Below, in pieces: positions 52,591-64,000 of a stretch of 64,000 nt of DNA. Made by a program: the position numbers and the translations under genes. The notes under the pieces are model-generated. The model did not search any database, was not told the origin of the DNA, and saw only the letters and a list, made by a program, of their open reading frames with translations. Origin of the DNA: Chiloscyllium plagiosum. Taxonomy: Eukaryota. The stretch is taken from the NCBI RefSeq assembly GCF_004010195.1, contig NW_025215364.1:47700-111699 (forward strand), in the 5' to 3' direction. Within the stretch, counting starts at the first letter, position 1. Each line of letters opens with the position of its first letter.

Positions 52591-53537
52591 GCTCGGGGTA
52601 AACTGTTCAGGTAGGTCGAAACTGATAAACCTCAACCGTGTTGCCATTGCCCTTTTGAAGATGGCACCAGTGCTCATTTCGTGAGCTCTGAACATTGTTC
52701 AATCCTGGATGGATTGCTGAGCACTACAGTAGCAGTACACTGGTCGACGCAATGTTTCATGATGAACTGATATCTCATCTTGCCTGATACGTGTCCAGGC
52801 TGGATCTGTTAGGTGGATTGAGTATCTGATATAACTCCTGACATAGGTATCACTCCTCCAGCTCAGCCCATTCAGCTGTTTAACCCCATATTTCTGCAAC
52901 ATGTTGTACACTAAGTTATTACCCAAGTATAATGTGAATATCTGTCCCTCTGTTATGCACCAGAGCAGATCCCCTCAAAGTACATGGAGAAGGTAACCTC
53001 GGGCCGAACGTTTTCTTTCTTTATAGGTAAATGTGAGNNNNNNNNNNNNNNNNNNNNNNNNNNNNNNNNNNNNNNNNNNNNNNNNNNNNNNNNNNNNNNN
53101 NNNNNNNNNNNNNNNNNNNNNNNNNNNNNNNNNNNNNNNNNNNNNNNNNNNNNNNNNNNNNNNNNNNNNNNNNNNNNNNNNNNNNNNNNNNNNNNNNNNN
53201 NNNNNNNNNNNNNNNNNNNNNNNNNNNNNNNNNNNNNNNNNNNNNNNNNNNNNNNNNNNNNNNNNNNNNNNNNNNNNNNNNNNNNNNNNNNNNNNNNNNN
53301 NNNNNNNNNNNNNNNNNNNNNNNNNNNNNNNNNNNNNNNNNNNNNNNNNNNNNNNNNNNNNNNNNNNNNNNNNNNNNNNNNNNNNNNNNNNNNNNNNNNN
53401 NNNNNNNNNNNNNNNNNNNNNNNNNNNNNNNNNNNNNNNNNNNNNNNNNNNNNNNNNNNNNNNNNNNNNNNNNNNNNNNNNNNNNNNNNNNNNNNNNNNN
53501 NNNNNNNNNNNNNNNNNNNNNNNNNNNNNNNNNNNNN

Positions 53538-56500
53538 ATCACTGTCCTACACACTCCCACAGCGTCACACTCAATCTCCTGCACACTCCAACACTGTCAC
53601 ACTCATTCTCCTACACACTCCCACAACGTCACACTCACTATCTTAAAGACACCCCCACCCTCACACTCACTCTCGTACACACTGCAACACCGTCACGCTC
53701 ACTCTCCTACATACTCCCACACCGGCACACTCACTCTCATACACTCTCCTAACCCTAACCCTAACCCTAACCCTAACCCTAACCCTAACCCTAACCCTAA
53801 CCCTAACCCTAACCCTAACCCTAACCCTAACCCTAACCCTAACCCTAACCCTAACCCTAACCCTAACCCTAACCCTAACCCTAACCCTAACCCTAACCCT
53901 AACCCTAACCCTAACCCTAACCCTAACCCTAACCCTAACCCTAACCCTAACCCTAACCCTAACCCTAACCCTATCCCTAACCCTAGCCCTAACCCTAACC
54001 CTATCGCAGGGCCGAACCCTAACCCTAACCCTAACCCTGACCCTGACCCTGACCCTAACTCTAACCCTAACCCTAACTCTAACCCTAACCTTAACCCTAA
54101 CCCTAACCCTAACCCTAACCCTAACCCTAACCCTAACCCTAACTCTAACCCTAGCCCTAGCCCTAGCCCTAGCCCCAACACTAACCCTAACCCTAACCCT
54201 AACCCAAACCCTAACCCACACTGTCCTACACACCCACAAACCGTCACAATCACTCTCCTACACACTCCCCCACTGTCACACTCACTCACCCAGACACTCC
54301 CACACTGTCGCGCTCACTCTCCTTCACACTCCTCCACCGTCATACTGACTCTCCTTCACACTTCCACACCATCACTCTCAATTTCCTACACACTCCCACA
54401 CCGTCACTCTCACACTCCTACACACTCACACACCATCACCCCTACTCTCCTTCACACTCGCACACCGTCATGCCCACTCTCCTACAAAATCCAATACCAT
54501 CAATCTCAATGTCCTGCACACTCTGACACTATCACAGTCACTCTCTTACACATTCCCCCACGGTCCTTCCCACTCTTGTGCACACTCCCACACCGTCGCA
54601 CTCACTCTCGCACTCACTCCCTCATTGTCACACTCACTCTAATATACCATCGCATACTGTCACACTCACTTGCCTAGACACTCCCACACCATCCCCCTCA
54701 CTGTCCTAAACACTTCCCCACCCTCATGCTCACTCTCCTAAACACTCCCACACCATCACACTCACTCTCCNNNNNNNNNNNNNNNNNNNNNNNNNNNNNN
54801 NNNNNNNNNNNNNNNNNNNNNNNNNNNNNNNNNNNNNNNNNNNNNNNNNNNNNNNNNNNNNNNNNNNNNNNNNNNNNNNNNNNNNNNNNNNNNNNNNNNN
54901 NNNNNNNNNNNNNNNNNNNNNNNNNNNNNNNNNNNNNNNNNNNNNNNNNNNNNNNNNNNNNNNNNNNNNNNNNNNNNNNNNNNNNNNNNNNNNNNNNNNN
55001 NNNNNNNNNNNNNNNNNNNNNNNNNNNNNNNNNNNNNNNNNNNNNNNNNNNNNNNNNNNNNNNNNNNNNNNNNNNNNNNNNNNNNNNNNNNNNNNNNNNN
55101 NNNNNNNNNNNNNNNNNNNNNNNNNNNNNNNNNNNNNNNNNNNNNNNNNNNNNNNNNNNNNNNNNNNNNNNNNNNNNNNNNNNNNNNNNNNNNNNNNNNN
55201 NNNNNNNNNNNNNNNNNNNNNNNNNNNNNNNNNNNNNNNNNNNNNNNNNNNNTCACACTCACTCTCTTACACTCTTCCACATTGTCTCACTCACTCTCTT
55301 ACACACTCCCACACCGTCACTCTCAATGTCCTGCACACTCCCACAGCGTCACTCTCACACTCCTACACACTCACACAGCGTTACACTTATTCTCCTACAC
55401 ACTCCCCCACAGGTTGTCTCACTCTCCTTCACACTTCCACAACGTCACTCTCACTCTCCTACACACTCCCACACCATTACTCTCACACTGCTACACACAC
55501 ATACACCGTCACACTCACTCTCCTACACACTCCCATGCCATCATACTCACTCTCCTACACACTCCTACACAGTCCCTCCCACTCTTGTATATACTCCCAC
55601 ACCATCACACTCACTCTCGCACTCACTCCCTCACTGTCACACTCACTCTAATACACCATCCCATACCATCACACTCACTCGCCTGGACACTCCCACACCA
55701 TCCCACTCACTGTCCTACACACTTCCCCACCCTCACGCTCACTCTCCTACACACTCCCGCACCGTCACACTCACTCTCCGACACACTCCCACACTGTCAC
55801 CCTCACTCTACTCCACACTCTAACACCCTCACACTCACTCTCCTACACAATCACACACAGTCATGATCACTCTCCTACACACTCCCACACTCTCCCTCCC
55901 ACTCTCATATACATTTCCACACCATCCTACTCACTCTCGCACTCACTCCCTCACTGTCACAGTCACTATAATGCACCATCCCATACCGTCACACTCCCTC
56001 ACCTAGACACTCCCACAACATCCTTCTCACTGTGCTGCACACTTCCTGACCCTCACGCTCACTCTCCTACACTGTTCCGCACCATCACACTCACACTCTT
56101 GCACAGTCCCACACACAGTCACCCTCACTCTCCTACAAACTCATACACGTTCACATTCACTCTCCTACGCAATCACACACTGTCACTATCACTCTCCTGC
56201 ACATTCCCACACCGTCACGCTCACTCTCTTGCACACTCTCCCAACATCACACTCACTCTCCTACCCACTCCCACTTCAACGCACTCACTCTTGTGCAAAC
56301 TCCCACACCTACAACCTCTCTCATACACACTCCCACACCGTCAAGCTCACTCTCCTACACAATCCAATACCGTCAATCTTACTCTTCTGCACACTCTGAC
56401 ACGGTCACACTCACTCTCCTACACACTCTCAAACGGTCACTCCCACTCTCATGCACACCCCCATACCATCACACTCACTCTCGCACTCACTCCCTCACTG

Positions 56501-58530
56501 TCACACTCACTCTAATACACCATCCCATACCGTCACATTCACTCGCCTAGGCACTCCCACATCATCCCACTCACTGTCTTACACACTTCCCCACACTCAC
56601 GCTCACTCTCCTACAAACCCCCGCACTGTCAAACTCACTCTCCTACACACTCCCACACCACCATCCTCACTCTCCTACACTGTTCTAAACCATCATACTC
56701 ACTCTCCTGCACACTCCCNNNNNNNNNNNNNNNNNNNNNNNNNNNNNNNNNNNNNNNNNNNNNNNNNNNNNNNNNNNNNNNNNNNNNNNNNNNNNNNNNN
56801 NNNNNNNNNNNNNNNNNNNNNNNNNNNNNNNNNNNNNNNNNNNNNNNNNNNNNNNNNNNNNNNNNNNNNNNNNNNNNNNNNNNNNNNNNNNNNNNNNNNN
56901 NNNNNNNNNNNNNNNNNNNNNNNNNNNNNNNNNNNNNNNNNNNNNNNNNNNNNNNNNNNNNNNNNNNNNNNNNNNNNNNNNNNNNNNNNNNNNNNNNNNN
57001 NNNNNNNNNNNNNNNNNNNNNNNNNNNNNNNNNNNNNNNNNNNNNNNNNNNNNNNNNNNNNNNNNNNNNNNNNNNNNNNNNNNNNNNNNNNNNNNNNNNN
57101 NNNNNNNNNNNNNNNNNNNNNNNNNNNNNNNNNNNNNNNNNNNNNNNNNNNNNNNNNNNNNNNNNNNNNNNNNNNNNNNNNNNNNNNNNNNNNNNNNNNN
57201 NNNNNNNNNNNNNNNNNNNNNNNNNNNNNNNNNNNNNNNNNNNNNNNNNNNNNNNNNNNNNNNNNNNNNNNNNNNNNNNNNNNNNNNNNNNNNNNNNNNN
57301 NNNNNNNNNNNNNNNNNNNNNNNNNNNNNNNNNNNNNNNNNNNNNNNNNNNNNNNNNNNNNNNNNNNNNNNNNNNNNNNNNNNNNNNNNNNNNNNNNNNN
57401 NNNNNNNNNNNNNNNNNNNNNNNNNNNNNNNNNNNNNNNNNNNNNNNNNNNNNNNNNNNNNNNNNNNNNNNNNNNNNNNNNNNNNNNNNNNNNNNNNNNN
57501 NNNNNNNNNNNNNNNNNNNNNNNNNNNNNNNNNNNNNNNNNNNNNNNNNNNNNNNNNNNNNNNNNNNNNNNNNNNNNNNCCCGCACTTTCCCACACCGTC
57601 ACAATCACTGTCCTACACACTCCCACAGCGTCACACTCAATCTCCTGCACACTCCAACACTGTCACACTTATTCTCCTACACACTCCCACAACGTCACAC
57701 TCACTCTCCTACCCACTCCCACTTCAACGCACTCACTCTTGTGCAAACTCCCACACCTACAACCTCTCTCATACACACTCCCACACCGTCAAGCTCACTC
57801 TCCTACACAATCCAATACCGTCAATCCTACTCTTCTGCACACTCTGACACGGTCACACTCATTCTCCTACACACTCTCAAATGGTCACTCCAACTGTCAT
57901 GCACACCCCCACACCATCACACTCACTCTCGCACTCACTCCCTCACTGTCACACTCACTCTAATGCACCATCCCATACCGTCACACTCACTCACCTAGAC
58001 ACTCCCACACCATCCCACTCACTGTCCTACACACTTGCCCACCCTCACACTCACTCTCCTACACACTCCCACAATATCACGCTCACTCTACTACACACTC
58101 CCACACCGTCACTTTCACTCTCCTGCACACTCCCCCACTGTCACACTCACTCTCCTACACACTCCCACAATATCACGCTCACTCTACTACACACTCCCAC
58201 ACCGTCACTTTCACTCTCCTGCACACTCCCCCACTGTCACACTCACTCTCCTACACACTCCCACAATATCACGCTCACTCTACTACACACTCCCACACCG
58301 TCACTTTCACTCTCCTGCACACTCCCCCACTGTCACACTCACTCTCCTACACACTCCCACAATATCACGCTCACTCTACTACACACTCCCACACCGTCAC
58401 TTTCACTCTCCTGCACACTCCCCCACTGTCACACTCACTCTCCTACACACTCCCACACCGTCACTCTCACTTTCCTACACTCTCACACACCATCACTCTC
58501 ACTCTCCTGCGCACTCCCACACAGTCACTC
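53538..58530 (+). repeat. 32-bp CA-rich satellite, interrupted by gaps and by the telomeric array
   Basis: Monomer approximately CACACTCACTCTCCTACACACTCCCACACCGT. A near-perfect 96-bp (3-monomer) unit repeats about 4 times at 58045-58460. Confidence 0.9.
53748..54217 (+). repeat. Telomeric (CCCTAA)n array
   Basis: Pure CCCTAA from 53748 to about 53970, followed by variant units (CCCTAT, CCCTAG, CCCTGA, CTCTAA, CCTTAA, CCCAAA). Confidence 0.97.
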
Positions 58531-58859
58531 TCTGTATTGACTGTGTAAATGGCGGGAGACGGAGGGAGAGACAGAGGAACACTGTGAGCGTGGGTGCGAT
58601 GCATGGTGGTGGTGGGACAAACACACGAGAGATGAATTCTGCCGGTGTCAGCATTGGAAGGGTTGGCGTTGGGTACACAGGGATGAAACCAGTAACAGAG
58701 TGAATTAAACGCACCTCCTGAGCTCAAGACACGGTGCCCTCCCCTTCCCTGAGACCCAGGATTTGGCGCTGATGCTGTCTCTCTCCAGCTCAGCTTCTTC
58801 AACACAAAGACACACAACACATCTTCACTCTGTTGCTCGGCACACTTTAATGAATATTT

Positions 58860-58865
58860 TTTATT
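58860..58865 (-). promoter_or_regulatory. Likely polyadenylation signal of the GPCR gene
   Basis: AATAAA on the minus strand about 210 nt after the stop, with ATTAAA at 58846-58851 and a GT-rich tract further downstream. Confidence 0.55.
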
Positions 58866-59074
58866 GTTTACAAATGGAAGTGATGGTTACAGTCAGTGGG
58901 ATGATACCTTTTCTCACTGGCCCATGAGTTGTGAGAAACATTGAAATGTGTCCCTGTAACCCCCCGTGGGATAAGGATGGATAAATCTGCGCTATCCTCA
59001 GTTTGTTACCATAGCGACAGGCTGCTCCATCACTGAAACACTAAACAGAAATGAGAAAATCCCGGATGGTGTGA

Positions 59075-59982
59075 TTAATGAGTGAATTTGATTGATTGAT
59101 GGATTTTGGTGAAGGGATATTTCAGCACATTCTTCAGCTGCTGCCTGAACTTAGTCTGGGTCACAGCATAAATCGCGGTGTTTGTGCAGCAACTGAGGAG
59201 CTGCAGCATGAAGCCCAATTCCTGCACAAAGTCATCTAGCATCCTAAGGGTATTCTCAATCCACCACATCCGATACCATATGGAAAACACCATTAATGTT
59301 GACCATAACAGGATGAAATTGGCCGAGATCACAAACAATAAAATGATGGATTTTTTTTGGTTTCTCATTTCTGTGTCAGACTGAGCGTCACCGTTGGTGT
59401 GAGTGCGGAGTCTCCTCCGGGCTCTGCTGGTCACTAAAATGTGTCTGACGGTGAGAACATTGAGCAGCAGAATCAGGAGAAATGGGAGCCCCGGGGTTAG
59501 AATGTGGTGGAGGAACTCGATTGTGACCCAGACACTGGAGAATTGAACAGCGAGTGTTACATCACAAAACCAAGGGGCGTTCTGCAGCCAATAATGATCC
59601 GTGAACATAAAATACCAGAAAATGTTCTTTAAACAGCTCAGCACAGTCACTGCTCCCAGAACCACAACCGCCGTTTTGTCACTGCAATATTTTCTTTTCA
59701 GCTTCTGGCAACAAATGGCTACAAACCGATCAAAGGTGAAAGTGACGGTGAACCAGACGGAGCAGTCAGTGGCTGCATAAAGCAGGACGGCGTGGATATT
59801 ACACACGGGGACGGAGAACAGGAAATAAAACTTTTGCCGATAAACAATGGGAATGTGTCTCAGTATCAGGTCGAGGATAATGACCAGGAGATCCGCCGCT
59901 GCCATGGCCCCCAGGTAACGTCTGACACATGGAGACAATCCACAACCTTTATAAAGCAAAACGTAGATGGTCACTACGTTAA
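59075..59982 (-). CDS. GPR139-like: Large terminal coding exon (end of TM1 to TM7 plus C-tail) of a GPR139-like class A GPCR of the chondrichthyan-expanded family; exon 1 not found in the window
   Basis: Open frame (G|TT)VNVVTIYVLL...YLGAMAAADLLVII...VCNIH...TVTFTFDRFVAICC...WFC...TPGLPFLLILLLN...FILLW...LLSCCTNTAIY, showing the TM2 AxADL motif, DRF, an ECL2 Cys and NTxIY in TM7. It is preceded by a polypyrimidine tract and CAG acceptor (59983-59985) and ends in TAA at 59075. The ORF-track start at 60013 is intronic. Confidence 0.92.
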
Positions 59983-60550
59983 CTGTGAGGAAGGAAAACA
60001 AACACTTCATCAATTAGCCTGGAGGCAAAGGCACCCATTTGATCAGGGACCCAGTGGGATTTTCAAATGTATCACTGTATTCAGAGATTTATTCAAATAA
60101 TTGGAACTGGAATAACAAATGGGAAGGTCTGAATTACTGACAAAAATGTGACATAAATCACAAGTAACCCTCAATCCCCAAACACACAGAGACACATCCA
60201 TGAGGACAGATGGTTTCCAGTACATTCCACACACTCGATCACTCGAGAGCAGACACAGGTCACTTCTTTCCAGTTCCTAATACGTAGGGTAGAAACGTTG
60301 CTGTCCTGAAGGATTCTCTCCCAGTTTCCTGAACACAAACGGAGTTTGGAAATTTCTGTCTTTTAGTCTAAATTGTGGTTGATCCTGTGTCACGAAGAAA
60401 TGTAAACCCAGGAAAAACGTATTCACCACTTTAACTGCCTGAGGGGACTTCAGAACAGTATCTCCTTCTCCCTGGAACGGGATCTCTTCCCTCGGGTTCT
60501 TATCGTTTGTTCAATTCACTGACGTCCATCCGTTCACAATCAGTGTCAGG

Positions 60551-60768
60551 GACAGAATGTTCCGGGGAATGTCAGTTATAGAATGTTGGAGACAAAATGT
60601 ACCAGGGGCTGTCAGTTGTATAACGTTGGGGACAGTATATTCCGGCGAATTTTAGATTTAGAATGTTGGGGAAAGAATGTTCCGGGGAATGTCAGTTATA
60701 GAATGTTGGGGACAGAACGTTCCAGGGAGTGTCAGTTATAGAATGTTAGGGATAGAACATTCAGGGGG
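60551..60768 (+). repeat. 40-bp minisatellite, about 5.4 units, in the presumed GPCR intron
   Basis: Units of GACAGAATGTTCCGGGGAATGTCAGTTATAGAATGTTGGG. Confidence 0.9.
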
Positions 60769-60769
60769 G

Positions 60770-61170
60770 CTCCTTGACCTGTCCACCACCTTTCCCCCTT
60801 CCACCCACCCTCCTCTCTGACCTATCATCTCTCCCCCACACCCATCTGCCAATCACATTCTCAGCTTCCTTACCCCAGCCCCCTCCCATTTATCACTCAG
60901 CTCCCCGGCCCACAAGCTTCATTCCTGATGAAGGGTCTATGCACAAATTGTCGATTCCCCTGCTCCTCTGATGCTGCCTGACCCGCTGTGCTTTTCCAGC
61001 CCCACACTCCCTGTCAGGAAACAGTCTGACACCGCCATACTTACAGAATCTGGCTGATGGTAATGTTTCCTGAAGCCCCCATCACCATCCGTGAGTATAT
61101 CCTGTCCCACCGGCAGGATAGACCCACCAGTGGTGAGGATACAGTCATGGAAGGAATTACCCTGCAATTC
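60770..61170 (+). mobile_element. Penelope terminal-repeat piece followed by a LINE APE-endonuclease fragment
   Basis: CCTGATGAAGGG...GATGCTGCCTGACCCGCTGTGCTTTTCCAGC, then ILTESG*..NVS..PITI..YILSHRQDRP. Confidence 0.55.
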
Positions 61171-63395
61171 CCCAATATTAATTCCAGAACCCGGGAAACC
61201 TCATAGTAAAAGGTCACAGATGGTCAAAGAAATCGCCTGAGGATGGACATCTCCTGCCCCACCCCCCCCCCCCACCCCACGCCTCATTTATAACTCAGTT
61301 CCACATGATGTGGAAAACAAATCAATAGACAATAGGTGCAGGAGTAGGCTATTCTACCCTTCGAGACTGCACCACCATTCAATATGCTCATGACTGATCA
61401 TCCTTAATCAGTACCCTGTTCCTGCCTTATCTCCATAACCCTTGATTCCACTATCCTTGAGAGCTCTATCCAACTCTTTTTTCAATGAATCCAGAGACAG
61501 GGGAAGAGCATTCCACACAGCCACCACTCTCTGGAGGAATCAGAGGAAGTACTGAAGGTGACAAGGATACAGAACGTCCTCTGGGTGTGGAACACCAAGA
61601 GAGTCCCCACAGGCCCACCCCTGACTGAGCAGGGAGAGCCCTCACACACAGCAGCCAGACTGGGGGAAGTGATGGGGGAATCAACAAGAGGGACACATTC
61701 TCACCAAACTCCACGTCCCAGATGGATCTGTCCCTGACTGTATCTAAAGGAGCAGCCAGCACACTGTACTGATGGAGGGAAAGTCTCAGCCTCATATTGA
61801 AGATTCTGCCCACTGTGTTATGTTCTACTCCCTCCTGTGAATTAGAACACACTTCTAAAGGACTGAGCACTAGGCATCCATGAGGCACTGTGGGTTAGCA
61901 GCAGCCGCAGCATCAATGCCCTTCCCTCCATCATAAAGTCAGAAGTGGGCTGTTCACTGGTGGTTCCAAAATGTTCAGCACCATTCCCAACCAAACCTAT
62001 ACTGAAGCAGGCCATTCAGCCCATCAAGAGTTTTAAACAGGAACAGAATGAAGCCATTCAGCTATTGGAGGCTGTTACTCAGCGATTGGAGCAGACCTTT
62101 TAATCTCTCATACCTACACAGGAATTGGAAGGGAACATTCAATCTTTCAAAGCTGCTACACAGGCAATCGGGGAGGATGGGTTACTAAGCCAGGAGCAGG
62201 GATAAATGGGGATAAATTCGTCTTTATCAGTTGATGTGGTTGGTTGGTTGGTGGAGGAGGTGAGGGTGGTTTGAGCCTTTTATTGGGTGGCCACCCTTTC
62301 TTTCTCTGCGGAGACCCGAAGACAACAGGAATGGCTGCCTACTTCTGAATGAAGAGGCTGTGGCTGCTGCCAGTACAGTGGGTATTCACCAACATGACTT
62401 ACTGCGCATGGGCACACTGTAACATTAATGGAGTGAGAGACGGAGGGTCCAATCACAAGAATGAAAACTAAAGGCATGTCCAGATTAACTGTAATGATTA
62501 TATATACCACATTCTCAATCCACCTCACAGAACCAGACCAGACACCATAAACCCAGAGGAGATATCTGTTCACCGTGGAACACTGTGTAGATCAGGCTAG
62601 TGTACTGCTCAGTACAACCCAGCATTCTGGACAGGTGGAACACCGTGCAGATTCATCCATTGCACTGGTCAATACAATCCGGCAACTTGTCCAGAGTGAA
62701 ACACTGTACAGATCAGACCAGAGCATTGATCTGTAAACCCGGACTACGTATACAGCCCAGCACGGGGAGCTACGCAGACCTCAGCAGTGCATTGATCTAC
62801 AATCTCAGTCTAGCTATCTGTGCGGCACGGGGGGGCTATGGAGACCACAGCAATGCGTTGATTTATAAAACTCAGCCAGGTATTCTGACCAGCACAGGGA
62901 GGTGTACAGTGATCCCTGGTGAATTTAACTATAAACCAGGAGTAGTTACCCTCCCAACATGTTGACCTGTGTACCCCCACCCCAGTTCATTGCTCAGTAA
63001 CACTGTTTTCGATCATTGCCCCGCGTGGGGAAACTTGCAGCCCATGCTGGAAGTGACAAGATGTCCAACTCACCGCCAGAGTGAAATGGTGGAGGAATCA
63101 GTTTAAGTATCATCACATGGGAGGGATTTGGGGTATACACAGAGAGAGGAAGATCGAAAGACCTGTCATAGAAGAATGTGTTTCTGAAGTCGGAAATGTA
63201 GACATTTTGATTGCATCCTGAAACATGAGCCAGTATTCATTGAGTGTGACAGAGACTGCACGAGGCTGAGCTAGTTTCCTGGTGCTATCTTATTGAACTC
63301 ACCTCATTAACTTCCCACCCCGCCCCATGGTGTCCTTCTCATTCAATGCCAGTCTGATTCTCCCACCCATCATGGCTGGAGGTACTCACCATGGC

Positions 63396-63620
63396 ATGGC
63401 AGATAAGGGGCAATTACACCACGGTTTGTTGACAGGGGCACGGAGGTCCTGGTGGATGGGCTAGTACAGAGGGGAACCATTCTCTTCCTAGAGGGGGCCA
63501 CACCACCAGACCCACTGAGTATGGTCTGAGCTCCCCACCCAGTTCAGTGCAGTATCTGTGGTCAGAGGAAATGTCCAGCAATACAGGACAAGCATCAATA
63601 ACCTTCCCCGCTCTGTCAGA
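63396..63620 (+). mobile_element. Decayed Harbinger-type Myb/SANT ORF, copy C
   Basis: MADKGQL..RFVDRGTEVLVDGLVQRGTILF..VWSELPTQFSAVSVVRGNVQQYRTSINNLPRSVR, inverted relative to copies A and B. Confidence 0.62.
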
Positions 63621-63744
63621 ATAAGTCTCACTGTATTCTCTCTGCTCCCTCACACTAACTGTATATATGTTATAGAACGTACCCCAGTACAAGGCTCACG
63701 CTCCACCACTCTTACTACTGCATGCAGCACCTTCCCAATCTATC

Positions 63745-63905
63745 ACTCTCTGTCTCTCTCGCTCAGTCTCGCTCTCTCACTCCCTTTCCGTCTCTCGCTC
63801 TCAGTCACCCAATCTCTCTCTCTCTGTCTCTGTTTCTCTGTCTCTGTCTCTGTCTGTCTCTCTCTGTCTCTCGCAAGTCTCTGTCTCTGTCTCTCTCTTT
63901 CTCTT
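63745..63905. repeat. (CT)/(CTGTCT)n low-complexity tract
   Basis: Seen directly in the sequence. Confidence 0.9.
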
Positions 63906-64000
63906 CATATACCACCCAAAATCATAACACTGTATCGATACATCACAGTGGAGTGACGCTTCATAGACTTCTTACCATTCCCCTCCCCCCACCTGCACCA

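Noticed and set aside
53667..54289. (RV)n and (LG)n ORFs
   Set aside because: Translations of the TTAGGG repeat.
54726..58703. Long His/Thr/Ser/Leu-rich ORFs
   Set aside because: Stop-poor satellite translations that also run through N-gaps.
60551..60768. CRISPR-like appearance of the 40-bp and 42-bp arrays
   Set aside because: Head-to-tail repeats without unique spacers, in vertebrate DNA.
61035..61170. CTTAC (minus-strand donor) as the missing exon 1 of the GPCR
   Set aside because: The sequence is a LINE endonuclease fragment and has no YYP...GVP motif.

Overview
Repeat-rich vertebrate DNA with seven N-gaps. The SINE, LINE and GPCR types point to a cartilaginous fish, probably a shark (inference). 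The only intact host coding sequence is the large second exon of a GPR139-like rhodopsin-class GPCR (minus strand, 59075-59982), whose first exon I could not find. Three paralogous first exons of the same family lie on the plus strand (about 13.2, 25.2 and 38.8 kb) with no visible second exon. Two of them encode a 14-aa (42-bp) N-terminal repeat of variable copy number and carry stop codons. The region is a mosaic of diverged segmental duplications, marked by three copies of a decayed PIF/Harbinger-type Myb/SANT ORF with shared lesions. Decayed CR1/L2, Rex1 and Penelope elements (some with hammerhead-like motifs) and tRNA-derived SINEs fill most of the rest. A (CCCTAA)n telomeric array graded from pure to variant repeats sits in a 32-bp CA-rich satellite about 5 kb from the GPCR. 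Several read-length perfect duplications suggest assembly artefacts. All calls come from reading the sequence by eye; no searches were run and element boundaries are approximate.
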